Shown: piece by piece, positions 9,264 through 19,403 of the stretch
Numbering within the stretch: the first letter of the stretch is position 1
Layout: each line of letters begins with the position of its first letter
Source of the DNA: an uncultured Gemmatimonadales bacterium
GTDB taxonomy: Bacteria; Gemmatimonadota; Gemmatimonadetes; Longimicrobiales; RSA9
Reading direction: 5' to 3'
NCBI GenBank assembly: GCA_963816355.1
Contig: CAWFKH010000003.1
Coordinates: 1,408,001 to 1,472,000 of the forward strand
Length of the DNA: 64,000 bases
Notes under the pieces: generated by a model
Database searches by the model: none
The model's input: the letters and a program-made list of their open reading frames with translations, nothing else
What the model was told of the DNA's origin: nothing
Program-made: the position numbers and the translations under genes

Positions 9264-10256
9264 TCAACGGTCCTCCGTGGGCGTCGACGTGGTGCGCGCC
9301 CACTCCGCCGCCGCGGCCAGGTCGGCGGGCAGGGGCGCCTCGAAGACGAGCGGCTCACCGGTGGTCGGGTGGTGGAAGCGCAGCCGCCACGCGTGCAGGA
9401 ACTGCCGTGGTACGCGCCGCTCGAGCTCGCGCGCCCACGCCCGTGCGGGTCCGCTGATCCCGCGCGCACCGCCGCCGCCGTAAGCGGGATCCGCCACGAC
9501 GGGATGGCCCACGTGGGCGAGGTGGACGCGGATCTGGTGGGTGCGCCCCGTCTCCAGCTCGGCGCGCAGCAGGTCGGCCGCGAGCCACCGCTCCAGCCGG
9601 CTGAACTGCGTCACCGCGCGCCGGCCTCCCTCCACGACCCCCATCCGCTTGCGGTCCCCGCGCGAGCGCCCGACCGGCGCGTCGACGCTGAGCCGCTCGC
9701 CGTCCAGATGACCCCAGCACGCCGCGAGATAGGTCCGCTTCACCTCGCGTCGCCTGAGCTGCGCGGAGAGACGGCGGTGCGCGCGATCGTTCTTCGCCAC
9801 GATCAGGAGCCCCGAGGTGTCGCGGTCGAGGCGATGGACGATGCCGGGTCGCGCCACGCCCCCGATTCCGGAAAGGTCGTCGAGATGGTGCAGCAGTGCG
9901 TTGACCAGCGTACCGGAGGGATGGCCGGGGGCCGGATGGACCACGAGGCCGGCGGGCTTCTCCACCACGGCGATGTCCTCGTCCTGGAAGAGGAAGCGCA
10001 GGGGAATCGCCTCCGCGGCGACGCCCGCCGCCCGGGTCGGAGGGACCCGCACTTCGATGACGTCGCCTTCGGCCAGGCGCTCGCTCTTGCGCGGCGCGCG
10101 ACCGTTCAGCCGGACGCAGTCCTCCGCCAGGAGCTGCGCGACGCGCGCGCGCGAGAGCTCCGGGAGGCGCGCCGCCACGTGGCGGTCGATGCGCTCGCCC
10201 GCGCCGGCGGCATCCACCCGCAGCGTCGTCGACTCCGGCTCAGCCGGCACCGACAT
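9264..10256 (-). CDS. rluD: RluA/RluD-family pseudouridine synthase
   Basis: N-terminal S4 domain, GIVHRLDRDTSG, TGRTHQIRVH. Confidence 0.9.
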   Translation of the reverse strand: MSVPAEPESTTLRVDAAGAGERIDRHVAARLPELSRARVAQLLAEDCVRLNGRAPRKSERLAEGDVIEVRVPPTRAAGVAAEAIPLRFLFQDEDIAVVEKPAGLVVHPAPGHPSGTLVNALLHHLDDLSGIGGVARPGIVHRLDRDTSGLLIVAKNDRAHRRLSAQLRRREVKRTYLAACWGHLDGERLSVDAPVGRSRGDRKRMGVVEGGRRAVTQFSRLERWLAADLLRAELETGRTHQIRVHLAHVGHPVVADPAYGGGGARGISGPARAWARELERRVPRQFLHAWRLRFHHPTTGEPLVFEAPLPADLAAAAEWARTTSTPTEDR

Positions 10257-10776
10257 CGCCGCGGCGATCCTCCTTCCAGAGCGAGAGCGCGAGGAAGATC
10301 GCGCCGATCGTCACGGCGACGTCCGCCACGTTGAAGACGGGCCAGCGCAGCGTGCCGAGGCCCAGGTCGAGGAAGTCCACGACGCCGTGAACCGAGCGCA
10401 CGCGGTCGGCGAGATTGCCGAGGGCGCCGCCGCAAATGAGCGCGATGGCGGCGAGCCGGACGCGATCCGTCGCGGGCGTGAACCAGTACATCGCGCCGAG
10501 CGCCACCAGCGCGATCAGAGACAGGACGAGGAAGATCAGCCGGCTGTACGGCCCGAGGTGGATGCCGAACGCGGCGCCGGGGTTGTAGATGTAGGTGAGA
10601 CGCACGTAGTCGCCCACGAGGTTCACCTGCTGATAGAGGTGGAACGTGCGCTGCACGAACACCTTCGTGACGAAGTCGGTCACCACGACCGACAGCACGA
10701 TCCCCAGGAACAGCGCGGCCTTGGAGCCGTTCAGGCTCCGCACCGCCTCACTGCGTACCACCGTTGCGTCCGCCAC
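10240..10776 (-). CDS. lspA: Signal peptidase II
   Basis: NPGAAFG, GALGNLADR, VVDF, FNVAD; start could be 10797. Confidence 0.93.
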   Translation of the reverse strand: MADATVVRSEAVRSLNGSKAALFLGIVLSVVVTDFVTKVFVQRTFHLYQQVNLVGDYVRLTYIYNPGAAFGIHLGPYSRLIFLVLSLIALVALGAMYWFTPATDRVRLAAIALICGGALGNLADRVRSVHGVVDFLDLGLGTLRWPVFNVADVAVTIGAIFLALSLWKEDRRGDVGAG

Positions 10777-10806
10777 GTCGTTCTCTTCTCGTCTCACCGG
10801 TGCCGT

Positions 10807-13800
10807 TCACGCCCTGCCGATTCCGATCGTCGCGCGCAGACCGTCGACCTCCGCGCGCCGCACGTGCTCCGCGCCACCGCCGTCCCACTCCCCGCTCCCC
10901 ACATGAAAGTCCCGGGCCAGCGTCTCGTGCGCGATCCGCTCGCCGTGCGCGCTCGCCGCCTCGCGGATCTCCGCATCGCCACCGATCACCAGCCGGATGC
11001 GGTCCTCCACCGCCAGACCCGCCTCGCGCCGCAGCATCTGCACGCGTTTCACGAGCTCGCGGGCCACCCCTTCGAGGCGCAGCGCATCGTCGATCGCGGG
11101 ATCGAGCGCGACCGTATACCCCTCGTCGCTCTCGACGATCAGATCCCCGCGCGCCTCCTGCCGGACATCCACCTCCCCGGCCCCCAGCTCGATCTCCTCG
11201 CCGTCCACGCTCACGCGCAGCGGCTCGCCCGCGCGGAAGCGGGCCAGCGCTTCCGGCGGCAGCTCGCGCACCCGTGCGGCGACCTCCTTCATGCGCGCGC
11301 CGAGCCGCGGTCCGAGCGTGCGGAAGTTCGGCTGCGCACGCAACGTCACCAGCTCCGAGGCCGCGTCGAGCAGTGCGACCTCCTTGACGTTCAGCTCGTC
11401 GCGCAGCACCGCGAGTGCCTCCGGCCCCGGCCGCGCGCCGGGCGCCGGAACCGCGTAGAGCGTGCGCAGCGGCTGTCGCACGCGGATTCTCGCCTGCTCG
11501 CGGGCCGCGCGCCCGAGGCGCGCCATTACGCGCACCGCGCCCATCTCACGCTCGAGCGCCTCGTCGACGGCGTCTTCCGCCGAACGGGGGAAGCCGGCGA
11601 GATGCGCGCTCTCACCGCCCGTGAGCGCGCGGTGCAGCCAGTCGGCGTGAAACGGCGCGGCCGGGCCCAGCAGGCGCGCGACGGTCCGGAGCACCTCGTG
11701 CAGGGTGCCGAACGCGGCCCGCGAGTCGGCAACGTCGACGCTGCCCCAGAAACGGTCGCGGCTGCGCCGGACGTACCAGTTCGAGACGTCGTCGACCACG
11801 AAATCGGCGACGGCGCGGAAGGCGCGGGTGACGTCGTAGGCCTCGAGGTCGCGGCCGACGCCGGCGACGAGACGGTTCAGCCGTGAGACGATCCAGCGGT
11901 CGAGCGCCGGCCGCTCCGCGAGCGGCGGGACGGCGTCACCCGGCTGCCACCCCTCGAGGCTCGCGTACAGCGCGAAGAAACGATACGTGTTCGCGATCGT
12001 GTCGAAGACGCGGCGCGCCGCCTCTCCGAGGGCGTCCGGGTCGTAGCGCTTCGCGACCCAGGGCTGACTGCCCGTGATGAAGTACCAGCGGATTGCGTCC
12101 GCGCCGAAGCGCTCGATCGCGTCCCACGGGTCGACCGCGTTGCCACGCGACTTCGACATCTTCTGGCCCTCGGCGTCGAGGACCAGATCGTTGACGATCA
12201 CGTGGCGGAAGGCGGGCCCCAGCTCGAGCAGCGTCGCGATCGCCAGCAGCGAATAGAACCAGCCGCGGGTCTGGTCGAGCCCCTCGCAGATGTAGTCGGC
12301 CGGGAAGTGGCGACGCCACGCGTCCTCGTTCTCGAACGGGTAGTGCCACTGCGCGTACGGCACGCTGCCGGAATCGAACCAGACATCGAGCACCTCCGGC
12401 GTGCGGCGCATCGTGCCGCCGCACTCGGCGCACCGCCACGTGAACTCGTCGATGCCCGGCTTGTGTGGATCGAACGGCTCCGGAAGCGGCCCCGCGCGAT
12501 CCGCGAGCTCCGCGAAGGAGCCGACGACCTCGACGTGCGCGGCGTCGGCGTCGCACACCCAGATCGGCAGCGGCGTGCCCCAGTAGCGCTCGCGCGACAG
12601 CGCCCAGTCGACGTTGCCGGCGAGCCACTCCCCCATGCGCCCGGAGCCCACCTCCGGCGGGTGCCATTCGATCTGCGCGTTGTTGCGCAGCAGCGCCTCC
12701 CTGTACTCGGTCGTGCGGGCGTACCACGAATCGCGCGCCATATAGATGAGCGGGCTGTCGCAGCGCCAGCAGTGCGGGTAGGAGTGCGTCACCGTGCCCG
12801 CCCCGAAGAGCCGCCCGCGCTCCCGCAGGTCCTGGATCAGGACGGCGTCCGCGTCCTTCACGAACACACCGCCGACCAGCGGTACGTCCGCCTCGAAGCG
12901 GCCCGCGTCGTCGACCGGCCGCAACAGCGGCAGGTCGTGTCGCTGCCCCGCCGCGAAATCGTCCGACCCGAACGCGGGCGCGAGGTGCACGATCCCGGTG
13001 CCCTCATCCGGACTGACGAACTCCTCGGCGACGACCCGCCACGCCTGCTCCGCGCCTTCCGCCACCTCCACGATGTCGAAGGGGCGGCGGTAGCGCAGAC
13101 CCACCAGATCCGCCGCCGAGTGCCGCGCGACGACACGCGCATCCTCGCCGAACAGCGCCGCCACTCGCGCCTCCGCCACGACGAGCCTGCGCCCGTCGAC
13201 CTCGACCTCCGCGTAAGTGAGGTCCGGGTGCACCGCGAGCGCGACGTTGGACGGGATCGTCCACGGCGTCGTCGTCCACACGACGAATGCGCGACCATCC
13301 TCGCCGCCCTGGGCGTCCAGGATCGGCGCGAGGAAATGGACGGAAGGGTCCTCCACCTCCTGGTAGCCCTGGGCGACCTCGTGCGACGAGAGCGCCGTGC
13401 CGCAGCGCGGGCAGTACGCCACGCTCTTGTAGCCGCGGTAGATCAGGCCCTTGTCCGCGAGGCGCTTGAGGATCCACCAGACGGACTCGATGTACTCCGG
13501 CGCGAACGTGATGTACGGCCGCGAGTAGTCGAGCCAGTAGCCGATCCGCTCGGAGAGCCGCTCCCACTCCTCCTTGTACGTGAACACGCTCTCGCGGCAC
13601 ACCTCGTTGAAGCGCGCGACGCCCACCTCCTCGATCTCGCGCTTGCCGCTGATGCCGAGCTTGCGCTCCGCCTCGATCTCCACCGGCAGGCCGTGCGTGT
13701 CCCACCCCGCGATGCGCGTGACGTGGCGACCCTGCATGGCGCGGAAGCGGCACACGACGTCCTTCAGCGTACGGCTGAGCACGTGGTGGATGCCCGGGCG

Positions 13801-13953
13801 GCCGTTCGCCGTCGGGGGACCCTCGAAGAAGACGAACTCCTCGGCTCCCTCCGTCGCCTCGAGCGTACGGCGGAAGAGGTCCTCCTCCCGCCACCACTCG
13901 AGCGTCTCGGCCTCGAGCGCACCCGCGCTCGCGGGATATTCCGGATACTTCAT
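10807..13953 (-). CDS. ileS: Isoleucyl-tRNA synthetase, type 2
   Basis: EGPPTANGRPGIHH, GWDTHGLPVE, WTTTPWT, KMSKS; C-terminus EGVARELVKRVQMLRREAGL as in IleRS2. Confidence 0.95.
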   Translation of the reverse strand: MKYPEYPASAGALEAETLEWWREEDLFRRTLEATEGAEEFVFFEGPPTANGRPGIHHVLSRTLKDVVCRFRAMQGRHVTRIAGWDTHGLPVEIEAERKLGISGKREIEEVGVARFNEVCRESVFTYKEEWERLSERIGYWLDYSRPYITFAPEYIESVWWILKRLADKGLIYRGYKSVAYCPRCGTALSSHEVAQGYQEVEDPSVHFLAPILDAQGGEDGRAFVVWTTTPWTIPSNVALAVHPDLTYAEVEVDGRRLVVAEARVAALFGEDARVVARHSAADLVGLRYRRPFDIVEVAEGAEQAWRVVAEEFVSPDEGTGIVHLAPAFGSDDFAAGQRHDLPLLRPVDDAGRFEADVPLVGGVFVKDADAVLIQDLRERGRLFGAGTVTHSYPHCWRCDSPLIYMARDSWYARTTEYREALLRNNAQIEWHPPEVGSGRMGEWLAGNVDWALSRERYWGTPLPIWVCDADAAHVEVVGSFAELADRAGPLPEPFDPHKPGIDEFTWRCAECGGTMRRTPEVLDVWFDSGSVPYAQWHYPFENEDAWRRHFPADYICEGLDQTRGWFYSLLAIATLLELGPAFRHVIVNDLVLDAEGQKMSKSRGNAVDPWDAIERFGADAIRWYFITGSQPWVAKRYDPDALGEAARRVFDTIANTYRFFALYASLEGWQPGDAVPPLAERPALDRWIVSRLNRLVAGVGRDLEAYDVTRAFRAVADFVVDDVSNWYVRRSRDRFWGSVDVADSRAAFGTLHEVLRTVARLLGPAAPFHADWLHRALTGGESAHLAGFPRSAEDAVDEALEREMGAVRVMARLGRAAREQARIRVRQPLRTLYAVPAPGARPGPEALAVLRDELNVKEVALLDAASELVTLRAQPNFRTLGPRLGARMKEVAARVRELPPEALARFRAGEPLRVSVDGEEIELGAGEVDVRQEARGDLIVESDEGYTVALDPAIDDALRLEGVARELVKRVQMLRREAGLAVEDRIRLVIGGDAEIREAASAHGERIAHETLARDFHVGSGEWDGGGAEHVRRAEVDGLRATIGIGRA

Positions 13954-14014
13954 CGGTTCCGTCCGCATCCGCGTCCCTGCCCGTGCCGCGCCACGGCGCC
14001 GCCGTCGCGCCGCA

Positions 14015-14875
14015 TCACGGCGCCGCCTCCTCGCCGTCCATCCGCTCCAGCACCCGCTCCATGAGCCGCGTCAGCCGCGGCTCCGCCTCGCCCGCGACCC
14101 GCAGGATCGTGGCGAGCTCGACCGGCGCGAGCGCGTCCGGCAGGCACGCATCCGTGACGATGCTCACGCCCAGCACGCGCATCCCCATGTGGCGGGCGGC
14201 GATCACCTCCGGCACCGTGCTCATGCCGACGAGGTCCGCGCCGAGCGCGCGCAGCATGCGGTACTCCGCCCGCGTCTCGAGGTTCGGTCCCGTCACGGCG
14301 ACGTAGACGCCGCGTCGCAGAGGGATCCTTTCGTCCAGCGCGACGCGCTCCGCCAGCGCCTTCAACCCCGCGTCGTACGGCTCCGACATGTCCGGGAAGC
14401 GAGGTCCCAGCTCGTCCAGATTCTCCCCCACCAGCGGGTTGTCGCCGAGCAGGTTGATGTGGTCCTCGATCAGCACGAGATCGCCCGGCGACCAGAGCGG
14501 GTTCATCGCCCCGCCAGCGTTCGAGACCAGGAGCGTGCTCGCGCCGAGCAGCCGCATCACCCGCACCGGAAAGACCACCTGCCGCAGCGAGTATCCTTCG
14601 TAGCGATGGAAGCGGCCCTGCATCGCCACCACGCGACGCCCGCCCAGGTCGCCGAACAGCAGCCGTCCCGCGTGCGACTCCACCGTCGAGACGGGGAAGT
14701 GCGGCAGATCCGCGTACGGAAACGCCGTCTCCACCCGCATCCGCTCCGCCAGCGCTCCCAGCCCGGTCCCCAGGATCAGACCTACCTCCGGCTCGAAAGC
14801 CGTGCTCGCCCGCACGGTCGCGACCGCTTCGGCGAGCGCCGCGCGAGCCGCCGCCGCGCTGGGAGTCTCGCTCAC
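14015..14875 (-). CDS. Purine-nucleoside phosphorylase
   Basis: [34 protein letters not shown]. Confidence 0.93.
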   Translation of the reverse strand: MSETPSAAAARAALAEAVATVRASTAFEPEVGLILGTGLGALAERMRVETAFPYADLPHFPVSTVESHAGRLLFGDLGGRRVVAMQGRFHRYEGYSLRQVVFPVRVMRLLGASTLLVSNAGGAMNPLWSPGDLVLIEDHINLLGDNPLVGENLDELGPRFPDMSEPYDAGLKALAERVALDERIPLRRGVYVAVTGPNLETRAEYRMLRALGADLVGMSTVPEVIAARHMGMRVLGVSIVTDACLPDALAPVELATILRVAGEAEPRLTRLMERVLERMDGEEAAP

Positions 14876-15369
14876 GACGCCTCGGGCCCGGACGCCGCGG
14901 GCTGGACATCGGCGGAGCGGGCGAACACGTCCAGCTCCGCGAGCTCGCGCTCCAGAAAGCGGCGGTAGCTCTCGGCGAACTGCTGCCGCCGCGCCTGCAG
15001 ACGACGCAGCTCGTCCACCTCCCGCTCGCGCAGCCGCAGCGCCTCGCCGCGCGCGCGCTCCGCGTCCGCCTCCGCTTCGCGCCGCACGAGCTCGGCCTCC
15101 TTCGCCGCCTGCTGTCGCACCTGCTCCCGCACCTCCTGCGCCGTCACCAGCGCCTCGGTCAACGCTTTCTCGCGCTCCCGGTACTCCGCTACCTGCTCCT
15201 CCAGATGCGCGTCCCGCTCGCTTACCGTTCTCGCCTCCCGCACCAGCTCCTCGAGACGCTCCGCGACGAGATCGAGGAACTGGTCCACCGCGGCCGTGTC
15301 GTAGCCGCGAACCGCACGGCGGAAGTCGCCCTTCTTCTTCCGCACGTCGATCGGCGTCAGGTCGATCAT
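14872..15369 (-). CDS. divIVA: DivIVA domain protein
   Basis: [21 protein letters not shown]...VDQFL followed by a coiled coil. Confidence 0.88.
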   Translation of the reverse strand: MIDLTPIDVRKKKGDFRRAVRGYDTAAVDQFLDLVAERLEELVREARTVSERDAHLEEQVAEYREREKALTEALVTAQEVREQVRQQAAKEAELVRREAEADAERARGEALRLREREVDELRRLQARRQQFAESYRRFLERELAELDVFARSADVQPAASGPEAS

Positions 15370-16061
15370 CTCGTTCGCTCCCCGAAGAGGACCGTTCCCA
15401 GTCGCACCATCGTGCTCCCCTCCTCGATCGCGATCTCGAAATCGCCCGACATCCCCATCGACAGGTGCCGGGCCGCCAAGCCGGAGTGCACCCGCCCGCA
15501 GCGCTCGAAGATCCTGCGGGCGCCGGCGAACGTCCGACGAATCACGCCTTCATCCTCCGTCAGCGGCGCCATCGTCATGATCCCTTCCACCGCGATGCCG
15601 GGAAGGGAGACGATCTCAGCCACCGCGTCCGCGGCCTCCTCGCCGAAGCCGCCCTTGCTCTCCTCGCCGGACACGTTCACCTGCACGAGCGTCCGGATCG
15701 TCCTCTGCGCCCGCTCCGCCTCCCGCGAGATCTCGCGCGCCAGCCGCAGCGAATCGACCGAGTGCACCAGGTCGAAGAGCTCGATCGCCTGCCGCACCTT
15801 GTTCCGCTGGAGATGGCCGATCAGGTGCCACTCGACCGCGTCCCGACCCACCGCCGCCACCTTCTCCGCCAGTTCCTGCACGCGGTTCTCGCCGCAGATC
15901 GGCAGACCCGCCCCGATCGCCGCCCGCACGGCCGCCGCCGGGTGGCCTTTCGTCACCGAGACGATCTCCACGACGTCGCCGCGCCGACCCGCCCGCTCCA
16001 GAGCGCGCGCAATCCGCTCGCGCACCTCCGGCAGGCTCCGCTCCAGCCGCTCCGCATACAT
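15366..16061 (-). CDS. yggS: YggS PLP-homeostasis protein
   Basis: [31 protein letters not shown]. Confidence 0.95.
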   Translation of the reverse strand: MYAERLERSLPEVRERIARALERAGRRGDVVEIVSVTKGHPAAAVRAAIGAGLPICGENRVQELAEKVAAVGRDAVEWHLIGHLQRNKVRQAIELFDLVHSVDSLRLAREISREAERAQRTIRTLVQVNVSGEESKGGFGEEAADAVAEIVSLPGIAVEGIMTMAPLTEDEGVIRRTFAGARRIFERCGRVHSGLAARHLSMGMSGDFEIAIEEGSTMVRLGTVLFGERTR

Positions 16062-16069
16062 GGCCGCCT

Positions 16070-16098
16070 ATCTTACCCGCCCGCGACGGGCGGATCAA
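16070..16098 (-). promoter_or_regulatory. Putative promoter giving a near-leaderless yggS mRNA
   Basis: TTGATC-N17-TAAGAT, 8 nt before the ATG; no SD. Confidence 0.55.
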
Positions 16099-16119
16099 CG
16101 CCGCGGGCAGCGGCTCGCG

Positions 16120-16157
16120 AAAAAAATGGAGGGGACCGGCTCGAGCCGGTCCCCTCC
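16120..16157 (-). terminator. Intrinsic terminator after tonB
   Basis: Perfect 13-bp stem GGAGGGGACCGGC/GCCGGTCCCCTCC, 4-nt loop, U7 tract on the minus strand. Confidence 0.85.
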
Positions 16158-16180
16158 GCGACGGCGGGCGTCCGATTCGG

Positions 16181-16876
16181 TCAGCGCGTCCGGAACACGA
16201 TCGGCAGCGTCACCCACACGGGGACCTTCTTGTCGCGGTTCAATGCGGGCGAGAAGCGCATGATGTCGGCGACCTGGATCGCCGCCTTGTCGAGCGCATC
16301 GTGGCCGCTCGACTGCTGCACCAGCGTCTTCTGCACGTGACCGTTGGCGTCGATGAAGAACCACACGTTCACCGTGCCACCGATCCCGGCGTCGCGCAGC
16401 AGCGGCGGGTAGAACTTCTCCAGCGCCGCGGACACCTCCGGTCGGTTCTTCAACTCCGGGCGCACCGTGAACGGCGTGAACGTCGGAGCCTTGGCCAGGT
16501 CCGCCTTGCCCGCGTTCGCCGACGGCGGCGGCGGCAGGTTCGAGACCGGATTGTTCTCGAACGTCGTCGGCGCGATCGTGATGTCATCCTTGATGTCCGC
16601 GTCCGCCGAAACGACCGGCGTGGCCGGCCGCTGAATCGCCTGCGGCGGCGGCGGAATCTTCACCTCAGGCGGCAGCTCGACGGACTTCAGCTCGTTGTTC
16701 GAGTACGAAACGTCCGCCGCCGTCATCTCGGGCCAGAAGGCGAAGAGCGCGAAGTGCACGACCACGGCGACGATCAGGCCGCCCCAGAACCAGTTTCCGA
16801 ACCCCCGCTTGAAGCGGTCGTTGGCCGTCTCGTGAGAGATGCGGCCGCCGTCGGAACGCTGTGCCGTCATCGTCAC
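16181..16876 (-). CDS. tonB: Energy transducer TonB
   Basis: N-terminal TM with VVVH, Pro-rich linker, C-terminal YPPLLRDAGIGGTV...FSPA. Confidence 0.88.
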   Translation of the reverse strand: MTMTAQRSDGGRISHETANDRFKRGFGNWFWGGLIVAVVVHFALFAFWPEMTAADVSYSNNELKSVELPPEVKIPPPPQAIQRPATPVVSADADIKDDITIAPTTFENNPVSNLPPPPSANAGKADLAKAPTFTPFTVRPELKNRPEVSAALEKFYPPLLRDAGIGGTVNVWFFIDANGHVQKTLVQQSSGHDALDKAAIQVADIMRFSPALNRDKKVPVWVTLPIVFRTR

Positions 16877-17316
16877 CTCCTCTGTCGCTTGACGCGTTGC
16901 TCCAGGTTCGTAAAGAACATCAGCCGAACGGCGCCGGCCTTCTGGAGCTGCTCCTGTATCGAGTTCACGTAGTGATACGGGACATCCGAATCGGCGCGAA
17001 GCACGACGACCAAGTGCTGATTCTCTGCATATGCCGGGCCGACAATGTTAGACACCTGATCCGTCTGGATGTTCTGATCGTTGATGTAGATGCTGCCGTT
17101 CTTCTCGAGCCAGACGTTCAGCGTGTTCTTGCGCGGCTCGTCCAGTTTCTGCGTCGCCTCCGCTTGCGGGATTTCCAGCTTGCGCTGCTTCTCGCGTCGG
17201 AAGGTCGTGCTCACCATGAAGAAGATGAGCAGCAGGAACGCCATGTCCGCCAGCGACGAGGACGGGATCTCGCTGCTCGCCTTCGACTTCTTCTTGAGAC
17301 CGGCACCCGAGATCAT
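16873..17316 (-). CDS. exbD: ExbD/TolR family protein
   Basis: SLADMAFLLLIFFMV; RADSDVPY. Confidence 0.88.
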   Translation of the reverse strand: MISGAGLKKKSKASSEIPSSSLADMAFLLLIFFMVSTTFRREKQRKLEIPQAEATQKLDEPRKNTLNVWLEKNGSIYINDQNIQTDQVSNIVGPAYAENQHLVVVLRADSDVPYHYVNSIQEQLQKAGAVRLMFFTNLEQRVKRQRR

Positions 17317-17319
17317 CGC

Positions 17320-17742
17320 TCACTGCTCCATCTGCTGGAGGGAGATCCGCACCGCGCCCGCCGACTGGAGCTGGTCGAGCACGTCGATCATCGTCTTGTA
17401 GGATGCATCCGGGTACGTCTTCACCGCCGCGATCAGCTCCGGATTGCGCGCCACTTCGAAGCGCCAGATCTCGCCGATGCCGTTCGGCTCCACGGTCTGG
17501 ATCTGCGGGCTCTCGCCCCGCTTCACCTCGACCACGCCGTCGTCGCGGATCACGATGTGGAGCACGTTCTTCTGCGAAACCTTCACCTCCTGCTGAGACT
17601 CCGGCAGGACGATGGAGAGCCCCTTCTGCTCGTCGAAGACGGTCGTCACGAGGAAGAAGATCAGCAGCAGGAACGCGATGTCCGCCATCGACGACGTCGG
17701 GATCTCCCCGGACGGACGCTCCTTCTTGCGAAACACGGCCAT
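17320..17742 (-). CDS. exbD: ExbD/TolR family protein
   Basis: SMADIAFLLLIFFLV; AGGAGGAG SD before ATG 17742. Confidence 0.88.
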   Translation of the reverse strand: MAVFRKKERPSGEIPTSSMADIAFLLLIFFLVTTVFDEQKGLSIVLPESQQEVKVSQKNVLHIVIRDDGVVEVKRGESPQIQTVEPNGIGEIWRFEVARNPELIAAVKTYPDASYKTMIDVLDQLQSAGAVRISLQQMEQ

Positions 17743-17755
17743 TGTCTCTCTCCTC

Positions 17756-18517
17756 CTAGACCTTCTCGAGACCGGGGCCGGGCTCGCCCGGCTCGGTGTC
17801 CTCGATCGAGGGAGCGATCGGCGCGGAGCCGCGGGGCCGCGGGGCGGCGCCTCCACCACCCGCCGCCCGCACGCGCGCTCCGCCACGCCTCGCCCAGACC
17901 AGGTTCAGCACCGCGCCGGTGCCCTCCTCCATGTCGACGATCAGCTTGTCGATCCGCGACACGAAGAAGTTGTAGGCGAGGTTCACCGGCACGGCGATGA
18001 GCAGGCCCGCCGCGGTGGTGATCAGGGCGATCTTGATGCCGCCGGCGACGAGCGACGCCTCCACCTGCCCCGCCTTCTCGATCGCGCCGAAGGCGTTGAT
18101 CATGCCCGCGACGGTGCCGAGGAAGCCGAGCAGCGGCGCCACGTTCGACACCGTCGCCAGCAACGTCAGCCCGCGCTCGAGGAAGCCGAGCTCGATGCTG
18201 CCGGTCGCCTTGACCGCGGACTCGATCTCCTCGCTCTCGAGCGTGGGATCGTCGAGCCGGCGCAGGCCGGCATCGAGGATCGCGGCGACGGGTCCGGGCG
18301 TGGACTCCGTGATCGCGATCGCCTCGTCGAGCCGCCCCTCGGCGCCCAGCTCGGCGACGCGGCCGAGGAGCTCGCGGGAGCGCCGGTGCGCCGTCCACAG
18401 CGTGAACGCCTTGGCGATGATCACGCCGAGGGCGAGCAGCGAGCAGAGGACGAGCGGGTACATCATGATCCCGCCATCCGCAAACAGCTGCAGCAGCCGG
18501 TACTGATTCCCTTGCAT
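17756..18517 (-). CDS. exbB: MotA/TolQ/ExbB proton channel protein
   Basis: APLLGFLGTVAGMI, GIKIALITTAAGL. Confidence 0.9.
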   Translation of the reverse strand: MQGNQYRLLQLFADGGIMMYPLVLCSLLALGVIIAKAFTLWTAHRRSRELLGRVAELGAEGRLDEAIAITESTPGPVAAILDAGLRRLDDPTLESEEIESAVKATGSIELGFLERGLTLLATVSNVAPLLGFLGTVAGMINAFGAIEKAGQVEASLVAGGIKIALITTAAGLLIAVPVNLAYNFFVSRIDKLIVDMEEGTGAVLNLVWARRGGARVRAAGGGGAAPRPRGSAPIAPSIEDTEPGEPGPGLEKV

Positions 18518-18574
18518 TGACCCCTCGATCAGGAAGGAATCGAAAGATTGTCCAGGATACGAGGTATTCGGAAA

Positions 18575-18603
18575 ATCTTAGGTACTGCATCGGGGCGTGT
18601 CAA
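18575..18603 (-). promoter_or_regulatory. sigma70 promoter of exbB-exbD-exbD-tonB
   Basis: TTGACA-N17-TAAGAT; the -35 overlaps the cdaA stop codon. Confidence 0.7.
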
Positions 18604-19403
18604 CGCCACGCGGCAATCCAGCGCGGCTCGTCCCGCTCCGGCCGGACGGTGGCTCCGATGAGCGCCTGGCGGAGCCGCTCCGCGCTCACGTCGCGCTCGA
18701 TGCGGCCGCGCTCCGCGATCGAGATCTGCGCGGTCTCCTCGCTCACCACCAGCACGAGCGCGTCCGTCTCCTCCGAGAGGCCGATCGCGGCACGATGGCG
18801 GGTGCCGAGGCTCTTGTCCTCGATCGGCGACTGCGTCAGCGGCAGGATCACTCCTGCGGCGATGATCGTATCGGCCTCCACGACGACGGCGCCATCGTGG
18901 AGCGGGCCGTAGGGCGCGAAGATGCTGACGAGGATCTCCGCGGAGACGCGCGCCTGGATCGCGGTGCCGGTCTCGATGTACTCCTGGAGCCCCATCTCAC
19001 GCTCCACGACGATGATCGCGCCGATCTTCGCGCGCGACAGGCGCTCGGCGGCCTCGATCAGCTCCTCGACGACGGCGGTCTCCTCCATCTTGTTGAACCA
19101 GCGAAGCATGCGACTCTGGCCGAGGCGGGCGAGCGCGCTGCGCAGCTCCGGCTGAAAGACGATGAGGGCGGCGATCGCGCCGTACTGGAACGCCTTCTCG
19201 AGAAGGACGCGGATCAGGTCGAGGTTCGCCAGCCGCGCCACGAAGTAGACCGCGGCGAGCACGACGAAACCGAAGAGCATCTGGATCGCGCGCGTACGCG
19301 CGAGAATGCGCAGGACGTAGTAGAAACCGACCGCGACGAGCGCGATCTGTACAATGTCCTTGAAGCCGGGGACGAGGAACGAGTAGCGCTGCAGGTCGTT
19401 CAC
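18600..19403 (-). CDS. cdaA: Diadenylate cyclase CdaA
   Basis: Three TM helices, FQPELRSAL, PLHDGA, GTRHRAA. Confidence 0.93.
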   Translation of the reverse strand: MNDLQRYSFLVPGFKDIVQIALVAVGFYYVLRILARTRAIQMLFGFVVLAAVYFVARLANLDLIRVLLEKAFQYGAIAALIVFQPELRSALARLGQSRMLRWFNKMEETAVVEELIEAAERLSRAKIGAIIVVEREMGLQEYIETGTAIQARVSAEILVSIFAPYGPLHDGAVVVEADTIIAAGVILPLTQSPIEDKSLGTRHRAAIGLSEETDALVLVVSEETAQISIAERGRIERDVSAERLRQALIGATVRPERDEPRWIAAWR

